Shown here: positions 1 through 15,142 of the stretch, one piece after another
Numbering within the stretch: position 1 is the first letter of the stretch
Layout of the letters: every line of letters begins with the position of its first letter
Source: Eledone cirrhosa
Taxonomy: Eukaryota
Direction of reading: 5' to 3'
DNA length: 64,000 nt
Assembly (NCBI GenBank): GCA_964016885.1
Contig: OZ024740.1
Span: 346,270,001-346,334,000, forward strand
Made by a program: the position numbers and the translations under genes
The notes under the pieces: generated by a model
Seen by the model: only the letters and a program-made list of their open reading frames with translations
What the model was told of the DNA's origin: nothing
The model's database searches: none

Positions 1-810
1 CTCTATAGCTACTACCTGCAATCTCTCCCCTCTCTCTATCTACCACCCGGCACTCTCTCATGTTCTTCATTTCTATAACCGTAACCCCTAACCTCTGCCA
101 ATCACAATAGCTATCATACACCTACCTCTCCCAACACCACTCTCTCTATCTATTTGTATCTCACGAGAAACCCCACTATATCTGTAACCATTAATCTCCC
201 ACCTTCTTTTTATCTACCGTACAACACTCTCTTCCAATACACTTTTCTATATCTACTACCATCAAACTTCCTCCCTCTCTACATCTACTACACGCCAGTC
301 TCTTCTAATCCACCTCACTCTATTAATTACCAACATTCAGTAGTTCGAATCAAACACTTTCTTGAAATCAGGCATACATAGATATATTCTTGCACAAAGC
401 TTAGAAACGGCATATATCTGAAAGAGTTTCTACATCAAAGACTAAAACAGAAACCGTGCACTTGGAGACACCCAGTTGGGCATCTTTCTCAAATTGATGT
501 TATCATTCAAAGAAAATACATATCAATATGTGCATGCAAATAAAAACACACATTTAATGACGAAAACAAAATTTTTTTTATTCCAGAGTTGGGCCCGATT
601 GACACAGGTCGAACCTTAAGCTGATCAATCGCGTCACTCCACAATAAATGTAATCAAAATTGACACCTCGTCCTTTTTTTATTATTATATTCTGCTTAGT
701 ACAACCCCAAAATAAATACTGGAGACTACGCATAGAGTGCTCAGGTTGATGAATCTACAGTAACTTGACTTTAAAATCCATAAACTATATATATATATAT
801 ATATATATAT

Positions 811-1240
811 TTCGTTTCTGAATTTGTTTAGCAAGATTCTTTATCTGAAAACGTGTGTTGAAACCGATATTGTTATACTTTAGGAGGGTCATGTTGCCAA
901 TAAAAAACACACGCACTAGTTGCTTTCACTTCCATTTATTATACATTTCCGGTTGGTTGGTTGTTCATATATTATCAAAGTTCTTTCGTCACACACTATG
1001 TGCCCTCTTCAGTGACTGGGGATTATTTTCTTTGTTTTGTGCCTCTCCTTTGTTCTACGCCATCTTGGTTTTGTGTGTGCTGTGTGCTTAGTTTGCGCAT
1101 GTGTTACATCCGGGTTTCTGTGTGTGTTTTTATTTGTTAATTTATTTGTTTATTTACATGTTATTGTTTTTTTTTTGTTCTATGTGTGTGTGCTTTCATG
1201 TTGTCCTTAATTGTAAGTTGCTATTCAAAATGGCGTTTAC
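811..1240 (-). mobile_element. PLE 3'-terminal (pseudo-LTR) fragment abutting (TA)n
   Basis: The same terminal sequence recurs at 6420-6642 (+) and 42784-42892 (-), always ending in a (TA)n tract. It contains a degenerate hammerhead core. Confidence 0.6.
974..1016 (-). ncRNA. Degenerate type I hammerhead ribozyme
   Basis: The minus strand reads GTCA-CTGAAGA-gggcacatagtgtgtgac-GAAA-gaac-TT-TGAT. Stem II is imperfect. The related copy near 6420-6460 is further decayed. Confidence 0.45.
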
Positions 1241-1249
1241 ATATTTTTG

Positions 1250-2876
1250 CGTTAAACTTCTTTAGCCTCCACGAAAAACTCTTTCCACCACAACACCGCT
1301 ACCACAACATAATAAAAAAAATCACTATCAAGCTATCCTACAGCCCCACACCTAACTTCGCACAAGACATCGTTTCCTCAAACAACAAAAAACTCAACCC
1401 CTATGGAAGAAACAAACTAGAAATTAGTGGAGAGCCGACCAGGCGCTATAACTGCCCTGATAGATCACGAAGATAACAGATGCCGAGAACGTAGCGTGAG
1501 CTACCAGTGCAAGGTGAGGACGGACACCTCCAACAAAGCTTATATAGGATTAACCGCTTGTGACTTTAAGACCCGCCTCTACCAACACCGACATACGTTC
1601 TGAAACCCGGTCCGGCGACATGCCACCACACTTTCGGGCCATATCTGAGATCTCCAAGATAATAATATAACTTACCATCTTACTTGGGGCTTACTGTCCA
1701 GAGCTAACTCTTACACGGGAGGACGCCGTCCATGTAACTTATGCTCGGAGGAAACATTACAAATGCTGTTTACGAAGGATCAACTCCTAAACAAAACAGA
1801 TGAACAGATAACTGCATGCAAACACAGATTGCGGAAGACTTAGCTCGCCCTCAAACTCCCTACCGATCCGGGTGGGTAGACAAGGGCTGAAAGACCCCAC
1901 TTGCCGAATAAGATAGGGAAAACCCCAACTTATATAGGTAGGTATACCCCTTTTCTTTTCCTCTATGTTTTCTCCTTCCCTTTGTCTCCTCCTATCACTT
2001 CTTTCCACCACCGAACTTCTTCCTCGTTCGTTCCTTTGTTTATTTTGTTTTTTTTCCCTTCGCCTACCCCGAGGCAGCTCATCGGGACTCTTTAGCCTCA
2101 GTACCCCCACCCCAGTAACTTACAGATAGCATTCGCCGATTACGCTATACTAACTAATCATAGTAGCTGTGTTAGACCCCAGAGATGTGGTATTCATTTT
2201 TAATACACAATTCTAAATTTTCAATAATTCTCATCTAGCAACCCATTCTATAGCATTGGCCAAAAAAGCAGCACCAACTAAATATGGCAGCTGTATTAGA
2301 CTCCTTAGTTTTTGTTTTATTTCACTTCTCACTTTCCAATCTTACATTCTGATATATCTGTCTCTCATTTTTTATTATATTCTTTATTATATTTTTTATT
2401 TGTCCCCTAATCTCATTTGATTCACCTTTTCTATAACGTCCCTCCTCCATTTTCTAAAGAAACCTTTATTTCGCCTAACTCCCCTCACCTACTTTCATAC
2501 ATTTTCCTTAGAATTTGCCGTGTAGATTTCTCCTTCAACGCTTGACCGGCTCTATCCACTCCCTATTGTTCTACAGGCAAGTTCAGCCACCCCACCCCGC
2601 ACCCAATGCCATGATACACTTTTCTGTGTCTGCTACACATTTTGACCAATCCTCTTGACAACTACAATCTTCCCATATAAGGAAGTAACCCTTGAAATGT
2701 TCGGGTATTTATTTACCAGATTAAAAAAACTCTTACTTTAGTCCAGAAATAAGCCGTCGAAATGGCTTGAGCTCTGCCGTCGGGGTCATACTTTCTCCTA
2801 TTACTCACTCTACTACCCTAAGTATTGATTACTCTGGTGCGCTATGGTCCATCTGGTTCTTACCACAACTCCTTCG

Positions 2877-2880
<4 letters not shown>
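1250..2880 (+). mobile_element. 5'-truncated PLE (GIY-YIG domain plus 3' UTR)
   Basis: Translation gives LFPPQHRYH..IKLSYSPTPNFA, YQCKV..KAYIGLT..FKTRLYQHRH and CNLCSEE..LLNK..ACKH, stopping at about 1843. The reading frame is broken by stops and frameshifts. A pyrimidine-rich UTR ends in ccttcgtta(TA)n. Confidence 0.85.
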
Positions 2881-2917
<37 letters not shown>

Positions 2918-2920
<3 letters not shown>

Positions 2921-4118
2921 GTTGAACACTGGAAGGTAATATCCGTAGTGGTAGAGCACTCAGTCCATGGGGCGAGTTAGGTAGAAGTGGTTACACAACA
3001 GTTAGTTCACCATCCGAGAACAATTGTTTCACCTTAGCGGATCCTCAGCTCGTAATGGGCTTGGTTATACGGAACAAGAAGGACGACCGTACGAACGCGC
3101 AATGGCAGAAACCGTCACTTCCCACAGGAAATACTAAAATGCGAGCGAGAGGTGTAAGGGAGATAACTGCGAAAGTCCGAAAAGTTTTTAGTTGATAAGA
3201 AATATTATGATGTTGTTACGATAATTCAGTCAATCCGGAGCTTTGTAGTTATGCAATAGGAATTTCGAGACCTGTTGACAACGTGTGAAAAATTCATTTC
3301 TCCTGTTTAGGCAATCACTATTGCATAATCTCTTTAGAATATGTATTCGTTCGTCAATACATAGTATATACGACGGATTTCCCCTTGCGTATGGCTTGGA
3401 CTTAGTAATGGCTTTCTATTGAATGGAGTAGTCTATACTTGAGTCCTTGAGGGACCATACGTGGATCGCTGTCCGGGTACCTAAAGGTCGACTGATGGTT
3501 CAGGAAACACTCCTTAAATCGGCCCTCCGCAATGCCCACATAGGATTTGACCTCCTGTGGTTCGTTTGGTCGGTTGGAAGTGACCACAGCTTCATAAATT
3601 AAATCGTAACAATAGACAAACTATGTGGTTCTCTCCGCCCTTCTCACTCAACGTTAAAACCAATGTAGGCAAAACATTTCTAGCCCTCTTAGATAGACCC
3701 TTTCCCATAATTCATAAATACAGCTCCATCTTTAACCGACACAAAGTTAAAGTAGGATACTCCTGCGCTAAGAACATGAAGGCCCACATCACCAGCAGCC
3801 CTAGGAGCAACACACGACCAGGGTGCTCTTGCCGTAAGCCCGAAGCTTGCCCCCTTCAACAGCAATGCAAGACACCAGCTGTAATTTATGAAGCTGTGGT
3901 CACTTCCAACCGACCAAACAACCACAGGAGGTCAAATCCTATGTGGGCATGACGAAGGGCCGATTTAAGGAACGTTTCCTGAAACATCAGTCGACCTTTA
4001 GGTACCCGGACAGACGTTCATCCACGAAACTCGTGAACTACGTATGGTCCCTCAAGGACTCAAGTATAGACTACTCCATTCAATAGAAAGCCATCACTAA
4101 GTCCAAGCCATACGCAAG
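2918..4118. mobile_element. PLE fold-back insertion (minus copy 2918-3600 with 3' end; inverted plus copy 3600-4118)
   Basis: The plus frame gives WFSPPFSLNVKTNVGKTFL..CSCRKPEACPLQQQC..IYEAVV..SYVG. Segment 3360-3600 is a near reverse complement of about 3880-4118. Confidence 0.85.
3015..3052 (-). ncRNA. Minimal type I hammerhead ribozyme
   Basis: The minus strand reads CGAG-CTGAGGA-t-CC-gctaa-GG-t-GAAA-C-aatt-G-TT-CTCG: 4-bp stem I, intact core, palindromic loop 3 (AATT) and a GUU triplet. Confidence 0.8.
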
Positions 4119-4144
4119 CTGCAGCCATCATGTATGCATGTATG

Positions 4145-6228
4145 TTCTTCTGGTTTTATAATTTCAGAAATGTTTACCAATAGAGAGAGGGTGTCGGTTT
4201 CTAACATAGACACAAGACTCTCTCATTGGAATTTATACATCATCAACTTGGTAGATGATGTATGCATGTCTGCATGTATGCATCTGTAGATATGGTTGTT
4301 ATTGTATGTGTGGATGTGGATGTTGTGAGTTGTATGTTTGCATGTATATATGCTTTGTATCTGTACATGTGTATATGCAGTCATTAAATGCAACATTTTT
4401 GGAAGGTTTTACATATTTTTACTGTTCCATTAATGGATTGTACTTGTAATTTCCTAACTAGTTGTGTTCTTTCTGTTCCTGTGAAGCCTAGCTTCTCAAG
4501 ATTTGTATTGAGGCAGTTACTAACAAACCCCAGTGCCCCAATAATCACAGGCATACATTTAAAGGTGTAATCAGGGTGGTGTATCTGCATTTTTCTCATC
4601 ATTTCTGCATAAATATTCTCCTTTTCGCTAATCTTTTATATTATATTGGCATCTGCTGGGCAGCTAACTTCGACTACTGTGCATGCTTTCTTTTCCCTGA
4701 CCCATATCATAATATCTGGTATGTTATGCCTTCATTTTTGGGGGGTTTTTACTGTAACATTCCATCAGTACTGTTTCATATTATGTATATGGATGTCTTC
4801 CACATTGCTGTAGCATTTAATGTGTTTATTATCAGGGCTATCTTTTCTACGGATTGCATTGTACTGTGTTTTGGCCTCTACATCATGCCTCATAGGTAGA
4901 TAGTACCGCGATGACATCTTTGGACAGCTGCTGATGACATGGGTGATATCCTCGATGTTAGTTCTGCAGAGCCTACACTTGTTATCACATCTAGGTGTTT
5001 TTCCTGCATCCCTATCTCTTTTGTAAATCAGGTATTTCGTGTTAGTTTCCTGTTCTTTGATTGCAAAAGCGTATCGTTCAAATTGGGAGCCAATATAGAG
5101 GTTGTTGGTCCAAGATAGACTACTTCGCTTATCTATATTACTCTCACCCTGGAGCTTCCTGGCAACATATCCAGGCATGATTGTTTTGCTGATAAGCATG
5201 CAGTTTTTCATCCATGGATTCACTGCGGTACTGCTGGGCAATTTCCCTGGGTGTAAGTGTTTGACTTTAATGAAGGGAGTATCTTTCAAGGAGTTCCTTC
5301 CCATCTCTCATATTATCTGTCTCATGCAGACAGTCTTGTTCAATAGATGGGATTCTATTCCTCGAGGTTCGTAAATGTCGGAGGGATATGATGCGACACT
5401 CAAATGGTATCTGGACTGATGTTAAGCCTCTGCCTTCCTGTTTAGGTTTCAAGAAGAGGCGGTCTATGTCACAGTTGATGTGGAATTTTCCGGTGTTGCT
5501 TAACATTTTTCAAGTTTTAACATCAATTACTCGGATTTCGTCTAGCATCCAATCGAGTTTTTCCAAACGTTGGTGTTAGGACAGACACAGAAAACACATT
5601 GTGCGTAGTGAGTTGCGATGACCATGTTTTTCTTAATCGGGTGTAATATTCGCTGGGTCCGCGTACCTTATTACAAATACTATTATTGGATATATTCTCA
5701 TCTATCCCCAGTTATCTGTAGCAGTCCTCGTCAAATATCGGTGAGAGTTAGGTCATTGATAAAAATGTTGCTGAATTGTGTTGTAGTTTTTTCCCCGCTT
5801 TACAATCATATTTGAACATTTATCTTGGCCTAAATCCATGCCTATATACTTTGAGAATGGTGTAACCATGTCAAGATTTTTCTTCCTCCCACTTATGTTC
5901 TTGGCATCGAGTTTCAGGTCATCCACAAAGAAATTATGGTTTAAGCTCGTATTTCTGTCCTCCTGTGAGCCAATGATGTATCCTTCAATATTTCTTGAGT
6001 AGAAAGGCTAAGGAGTTTAATGACAGGATAAATAGAACCACAGATAGACTGTTTCCTTGAAGTATATCCCTGTGATATTCTATTTTATCAGTGAAAATAG
6101 AGTCTGCCTTCTCTGTTTTTAACGTTAGGATAGTAGCCCGAGAAGACAGCTTCTTTATTGCTCTGATAACAATGTCTGGGCCTTTAGCAAGTCGGAGGGC
6201 CTCTATCATCCAAAAGTGGGGAACAGAA
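4145..6228 (-). mobile_element. R4/Dong-like non-LTR retrotransposon relic (RT C-half, CCHC knuckle, REL endonuclease)
   Basis: ORF pieces give YSVPHFWMIEAL..ILQGNSLS, DIDRLFLKPKQEGRGL, FAIKEQE, CRLC..EDITHVISSC..RHD and PVIIGALG. The element is frameshifted and flanked on both sides by (TGTA/CATA)n-like repeats. Confidence 0.8.
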
Positions 6229-6259
6229 TAATGTATGTATATATGTATGTATGGATAGA

Positions 6260-6638
6260 TGGACGGATGCATGTATGGCACAAGATAAATCACAAAAGAA
6301 GATCAATAAAAAGAGAAAATAAAACGTTGTTTTGTAGTTTAACGCTTATATTAAAGGGAAATAAATGTGTACACCAACAGGTTAGAACAAAGGAGGGACA
6401 GAAAATAACAAATCAGTTACTGAGAAGATAACAGAATGTGTGACGAAAGAGCTTAGACAATAAATAAGCAACCATCCGGTCATTGAACCACCCAACCAGA
6501 ATGTTTGTCATAAATTGAAGTGAGAACCAACAGCTGCATGTATTTTTGTTATCAACATGCCCCTCTCAAAGTATAACAATATTTGTTTCAACACACATTT
6601 TCAGATAAGAAATCTTGAAAAGCAAATTCAAAAACGTA

Positions 6639-6642
<4 letters not shown>
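6260..6642 (+). mobile_element. PLE 3'-terminal fragment (same family as 811-1240)
   Basis: Diverged reverse-complement match to 811-1030, ending at (TA)n. Confidence 0.6.
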
Positions 6643-6724
<82 letters not shown>

Positions 6725-6832
6725 GGTAAACAGAAATAACAACACAATCGGTACAGTATATGGAAGGAATATATTAGGTTAACGCTTGAAATAGCAGGAA
6801 GATGGTCTTACCGTTTCGGACGCTAGTCTTTC

Positions 6833-6871
<39 letters not shown>

Positions 6872-7779
6872 TAAAGGGGTCTTGAATATAAGCGACAACA
6901 CACATGTACAAATGTCTCGACTACATACATATTTGATTGACCAGTTTAATTTAAGTTTCAGTTGACTTGTACACATTTTTGCTGATACTGTTGTAGCATC
7001 AATTAATTAATCAATCAAAATAATAAATAATGAAGAAATCTCTCTATTTTTCTATCTATCTATCAATCTATCTATCTATCTAATCTATCCATCTTCTCGC
7101 AATTTATCTCTTTCTCTTTCTGTATTTATTATAATATATGGTACATACATTAGACGTTTTTTGCAAACGTTTCAGTCTAGAGATGTTGAACACACGTATT
7201 TAAGTTTGGGGCTGACAATAATGAGGAACGTATGAATCTAACTTGGAATTCAATGATTTATCAAAACAATAAATATAAAAATGTATATGTAAAGTAGATA
7301 TGATTACTGCTTCTGACTTAGAAGCATATGTTATGGAAAATTTAACCTGTAGATTTGCTCAGAACAAAAATAATATCCTTATGCAATTTAAAGTTTGTTC
7401 TCTCTTTTTCAGAAGAAAACTACTTGTATGAATATTAATACACAATATATTATATACCATATTTTCTATAGAATTTTCTGATGCGGTTAGTTTAATTTGC
7501 ATCTGGTGTCTGCTTGATTCTGGGAATATATCAACCTAATTAGAATGGATGTCATAGCTGCATTTACTGCATTGGTTAGTAGATCGTAGTAGAATCCATA
7601 TCGACACCAACTTACGATTCAAATTCAGAGGAATATCTGACTATATGATGTGTATGAAAAAAAAAAACAATGTCATATATTTCTTAGCACAAACCTCAAA
7701 ATACTAGATATTTACGAAGGAGGGACATAAATTTAGACCTTGATTCGAACACACATTCCGGCCTTAATGCACCATGAAT

Positions 7780-8345
<566 letters not shown>

Positions 8346-9536
8346 ATGTATGTGGATGTTACTCTGCACTTGCGTGTGCGCCTGTGTCTGTGCGTGCGTC
8401 TGTAAAAAGGAAATAACGCTCAGGTCGGAAGTGACAGTGTGATAAGAAAGACGAGCAGCTGCAGGCGAAAAGATGACGGACAGAATTAGAGGCGGGTCAT
8501 AGTACGTGTGTGTATGTTTACCTGAGTGTATATATGCGTGAGCGAGTACTTGTTTGTGTATGTGTGCGAGAGAGAGAGACATAGAGGGACAGTGACAGAG
8601 AGTGAGAGAGTGAGATGGTGAGAGAGAGAGATAGAGAGAGAGAGACAGAGAGGGAGGGGCATAGAGTGAAAGAAAGACAGAATGAGAGTTAGCGTTTGTG
8701 ATCTTATGAATTAATAGAAAGATGACGAAAGCTGCTGACGGCAACATAGCATGGGGTGAAAGAGATAAACAGGCAGGTAGATAGATGGAATGATACATTT
8801 ATAGAAACATAGATAGAATAAGAGCGTGAGAGAAAGAGATAGATAGATAGAGAGAGAGAGAGAGTGAGAGAGAGAGAAAGAGAGAGAGAGAGCGATCAAG
8901 GAATATTGGAGGAAGAGCGCTATATATACAGTGAGAGGAAAGTAAAATATGGGAGGGAAATATATAAACGTGATGCTATAAAGTAGGAAGTGAGAATGAA
9001 GATTATGATAATGGATACGATCATGACGACGGCGACAACGACGTCGAAGAACGGCCACGTCGCAATACGACGATCACGATGACGATGATGATGATGATGA
9101 TGATGATGATAATGATAAAGATAAGGATGATGATCATAATAATGATGATGACGGTAAAGATGGCGATGGTGGTCATGTTAAAGGTTGTGCTGATGATGGT
9201 TGAGAAGCGTATAAATAGGTGGAGTATGATATACATGTTGGTGTGCTGTTAGTGGTGTTGACAGGAACGATGCTCATGACGCTGTTTGGGAAGGAGTTTG
9301 AGATTGAAAGAAGCAGCAGCTATAGCAAAAGAAAGTTTGAAACATAGGAAATGATAAAGTTGTGACGTAAAGCAGCAGACGTGAACTGATTGTGGGTGGA
9401 GCTGTTTGGAGAGAATGACAGCGAAAGATGCGCACATAGAGAAGAAGATAAATAAATGGGACTAAAACTAGGAAGATATTGACGAATAGTTGAAAATATT
9501 GATACGTATGTATGCATTTATATTTATATATGTATG

Positions 9537-9574
<38 letters not shown>

Positions 9575-9592
9575 TATACCTATATATATATA

Positions 9593-10735
<1,143 letters not shown>

Positions 10736-10796
10736 ACCAGTAATACTCTGGGTAGTTGCTGGCCTTGTGCCAAAAGTAGAAACAGTTATTATATTT

Positions 10797-10874
<78 letters not shown>

Positions 10875-10895
10875 GAACGAGTAGGACCTTCGTTA

Positions 10896-10936
<41 letters not shown>

Positions 10937-10976
10937 CGAAGGAAGTGTGGTAAGGAACGTCGGGGTCCTACTCGTT

Positions 10977-11090
<114 letters not shown>

Positions 11091-11107
11091 AATATATATG
11101 TATATAT

Positions 11108-12066
11108 ATAAATTGTTAAAAACTTATAACGAAACGATCGTCTTGAAGGAAAGAGATATTTATTTAATTATGTCTCATATAAAATAATACAACCAGCTAT
11201 AGATGAAATACTGATTAGTTAGCACCTCAAACACTAAATTGGGAAAATACTTAGGTACATCCTAATGTTTGTTGAGTAGATGGAGTTGGTCAGAGTATCG
11301 CTTAAGGCTTTCTCTGTTAATGTATTAAATAAATACTCTTGGTTGTCGGATATGATTTCCAGATATAAGGTATGACTTTTTATTATTATTATTTGTTATA
11401 TGAAATACTGATTGATCTTCCTTATATTCCATGTCAGATTTAGCCTTAGAGAATAACTATGTGTGTATATGGGTTGTCCATACATGTATTTATCATATTC
11501 TAATATCTCTATGTGCGCATTGGGTGTGTATAGATATAGTTATTCTTTTAATATCCAATTGAGTTCTTAAACACGTGGTTATAATACATTACAGATTTAA
11601 ATGACCAGCGTGTATATTGTTTTATATTTTAAGATGACCTCCCCTTACCCACTTGGGTGCAGCGTGTAATTCATCTTTGAGAGGACTGCTGGATTTTCGA
11701 ATCTACCAGTCTCTTTTTAGAGCTGAAGGAGGCCATCACTAATCTATTAATGTCGATGTAATTTTTATATCGATATTATTTGGGCATCCACTGATGAGTT
11801 TATAATAGCCCGCTTGTGTATAAAACTATGGACATTATTTATCTCAAATTGTAGAAATCTTATAACGAAACGATCGTCTGGAAGGAAAGATATATTTATT
11901 TAATTATATCTCATATAAAATAATACAATCAGCTATCCACGAAATACTGATTAGTTAGCACCACAAACACTAAATTGGGAACAGACTTAGGTATATCCTA
12001 ATGTTTGTTGAGTGAGATGGAGTTGGTCAGAGTATCGCTTCAGGCTTTCTCTGTTAATGTATTAAT
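11108..12066 (+). mobile_element. Tandem PLE pseudo-LTR segment
   Basis: A ~215-bp direct repeat (about 11110-11325 and 11847-12065) is flanked by (TA)n and overlaps a hammerhead. Confidence 0.7.
11787..11882 (+). ncRNA. Type I hammerhead ribozyme with long stem II
   Basis: TCCA-CTGATGA-gtttataa..(about 70 nt)..ttataac-GAAA-C-gatc-G-TC-TGGA. It has a GUC triplet and a palindromic GATC loop 3, with predicted cleavage after 11878. Confidence 0.8.
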
Positions 12067-12278
12067 TATATATATATATATATATAGTTAAAAGAATAGA
12101 GGTGTAACACACAAGTTATTATATATTGGTAAACGGAATAGAAAATGCTGACAAATTGTTCACAGTTGAAAAATGGTTTAATTAGGAATAAAAGAGTATT
12201 AGTGATTGTATGGGTTGGTATTCAGTTGTGGTTTTAAGTTTTTAAGCTTTTACCGGTTGCGCATTTCTAAATGCTTTT

Positions 12279-12364
12279 CAAAAATAATTTTGAGATAGAG
12301 TGTCCGTGCTGTTTGCTCAGATCAGAGCAAACAGCACGGACACTCTATCTCAAAATTATTTTTG
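12279..12364. repeat. Perfect 40-bp inverted repeat with 6-nt loop
   Basis: caaaaataattttgagatagagtgtccgtgctgtttgctc-agatca-gagcaaacagcacggacactctatctcaaaattatttttg. Confidence 0.95.
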
Positions 12365-12653
12365 CCAGAAATAATAATAAAATACACTCATTATTTGATT
12401 TGGATTGGTTTTCGTTTCTGTATATTTTATATCTCTATAGTTAATTTAGCTGGCAATCAATGTTTATCATTGATTGACCAACAGTTAAAAATATAGATGT
12501 AAATATATATATAGTCTACCAATGTCTTTTCATGACACACCTGTGACATCGTCAGGGGAACTATTATGTTTCCTCCCGTTGAATTGTAATTTCTATCAAA
12601 TTCTAGACATTACAATATCGATCACAGACACCTACATATTTCTACACACACAC

Positions 12654-12806
<153 letters not shown>

Positions 12807-13059
12807 TATACACACTCACACATTTATATATATATAAATACATACACACACATATATGCATACATTTCACATTATATACATGTCTGTGTATATTTTAATT
12901 ATTTAAAGATTATTTGTAAATGAACAATGGGTCACGGGTAGTCTTGTCTAAAATAAATATCTGAATCGGCAACCACTCTGTTTAATCAGCTCTTAAATAA
13001 TATTGGAATTCTATAAGAATCCACCTCCTATAACCCTGGGCAGAAGCAACGGAATGAGA

Positions 13060-13100
13060 GGTCTTGACAAACGCTAACGAGCGAGAAACAGCTGTCGATC
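13060..13100 (+). ncRNA. Hammerhead variant (U3-A8)
   Basis: GGTC-TTGACAA-a-CGCT-aacg-AGCG-a-GAAA-C-agct-G-TC-GATC, with a GUC triplet and a palindromic AGCT loop 3. Confidence 0.65.
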
Positions 13101-13363
13101 ACTATTCTTTTCTTTTGCCGAGAATAAGTATATAACATAGTCACTACTTTAAAACTTATAGCGAATGGTTTTAAAATTGTTTTTAATTAAACATACTGTA
13201 TGTTGCCATGTATGCTATACATACATTCAAATATCATTATTTTCTAATAACGTATTTCATGCTTATTTCTCTGGTTATTTCGAGACTATATAAGACTATC
13301 TATTTTTCAGTATATGTGCACACAAAGACAGACCCCCCTCCCCCCACCACACAGTTGTATACA

Positions 13364-13456
<93 letters not shown>

Positions 13457-13664
13457 CTTGGGGAGGGTCATATTTGTGTAATATTGCCAGAATTAATAAC
13501 AGAACACACTCACTGTTTGGTTGGTTTTCGCTTTTCGCTTCTGTGTCATTTATATCGGTAATCTAATTTACTCGGTCCTCAATGTTGCCATTGACTGACC
13601 GACGGTCAAAAATAATACATATATATATATATATATATACAGATATATATATATATATATATAC

Positions 13665-13735
<71 letters not shown>

Positions 13736-13736
13736 T

Positions 13737-13941
13737 ATAACGAAGGAGTTGTGGCAAGGAACCAGTTGGACCATAATGCAACAGTGTACTCAATACTTAT
13801 GCTAGTAGAGTGGGTAATTGGAAAATGTATGACCCCGACGTCAGATCTCAAGCGGTTTCGACGGCTATTTCTGGAGTAAATATAGTCCCAAAACAGCCGT
13901 CGAAACGGCTTGAGCTCTGATGTAGGGGTCATACATTTTTC

Positions 13942-13944
<3 letters not shown>
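13737..13944. mobile_element. Short PLE fold-back insertion (3' end of the 1250-2880 family)
   Basis: 13737-13878 is the reverse complement of about 2738-2880. 13884-13941 is an inverted copy, giving ~58-bp arms. Confidence 0.8.
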
Positions 13945-14028
<84 letters not shown>

Positions 14029-14141
14029 TTAGTAATAATAATAAATTTGAAGACTAAAATCCAAAGAGGGCTCGATAAGGATAAATATATATCAAATATA
14101 TAAGAACCGTAGAGCAAATATTTATTAAAATAACAGATTAA

Positions 14142-14192
14142 AATTTAAGCAAAGAATCGCTGCTTTCACCCTTAACGGGATCTTCTGAAACT
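14142..14192 (-). ncRNA. Hammerhead-like motif with CAGAAGA core (other copies: 17426-17476 -, 19536-19586 +, 23872-23921 -, 25002-25052 +, 25326-25375 -)
   Basis: Consensus AGTTT-CAGAAGA-t-CCC-gttaa-GGG-t-GAAA-GCA-gcgattctt-TGC-TT-AAACT. All three stems pair, but U4 is A. Confidence 0.6.
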
Positions 14193-15142
14193 AACAAAGT
14201 CAATCTGTAAACGCAGAAGTGGATATTCCAAAAAACATTGCAACTGGAGGAAGACAGGAAGACGATACTTTGGTTCGTGGAAACGTTCCCTGGCAAAGAA
14301 CGGGAAAAAACGAATATAATACGTCATTAGTAGGAGCGGTGAAAAACAATTACGCGCAAATACAGAACCACGTTTATGGTATAAAAGAGGTTGTAGACTA
14401 ATGTTCTCTTAGGTGGTTCATAGAGACGTTCTCTGGAAATGAACGAAAAAAACGAAGATAATACGTCATATGTGGGGCGTGGAGAACAATTGCACGCAAA
14501 GACAAAACCACGTAAATGGCATAGCAGAAGTCGTAGACTAAAATTCTAACTAGGAGACCGAATGATTCTCCGCTTCAGAGTTAAGAACAAAGTAAATAAA
14601 TACAATGCAGAAGTAATAGAAATTAAATAAATACATACGCGCATACAAATACGTACATACACAAGCATACGCGAAAGCACTTACATAAGTATACAAAACC
14701 ACGCACATATAAATATGTGTGTGTGTGTATGCGTGTATACAAATAAATAAATAATTAAAAATATAATTAATTAAACGTATATAAATAAATAAATGCGTAT
14801 ATATCAAGCGCACACACATACCTACATGTAAATACATAAATGTTCGGAGACGTAAGTCAACCAACACATGAAGTACACATATACACAAACCCTACGTACG
14901 TGTGAACCTGCATACTCACACAGACGCAAAACTCCCATATACACATAACCAAACCATATGTACCAGAATATATTAAATTATACGCCATAACATATACAAT
15001 CAAATATACGAACGAGAATGTATACGTACCTTCACAAAACATACAGGTAATATATACTTACCTATGCAAATAAGTAATGGTATAAACAAAACATATACTT
15101 AGCTACCACATCAAGACGTAAAATATCCACGTATAGATCGTT

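Noticed and set aside
2735-2792. Hairpin agccg-tcgaaa-(c/t)ggct near a PLE 3' end as a hammerhead
   Set aside because: No CUGANGA-like segment is in the right position, so only a conserved hairpin can be supported.
8400-9500. Purine-rich unique region with (GA)n, (GAT)n and ETS/CRE-like motifs as a promoter or 5' UTR
   Set aside because: No linked exon or ORF, and the motif density is not convincing.
12519-12557. CTGACGA..GAAA motif on the minus strand (similar weak cases at 6795-6835 and 56208-56255)
   Set aside because: Stem I/III or the core is too decayed to call. These are probably dead hammerheads.
14550-14585. CTGAAG followed by a hairpin in the pLTR
   Set aside because: No GAAA follows the stem in any copy.
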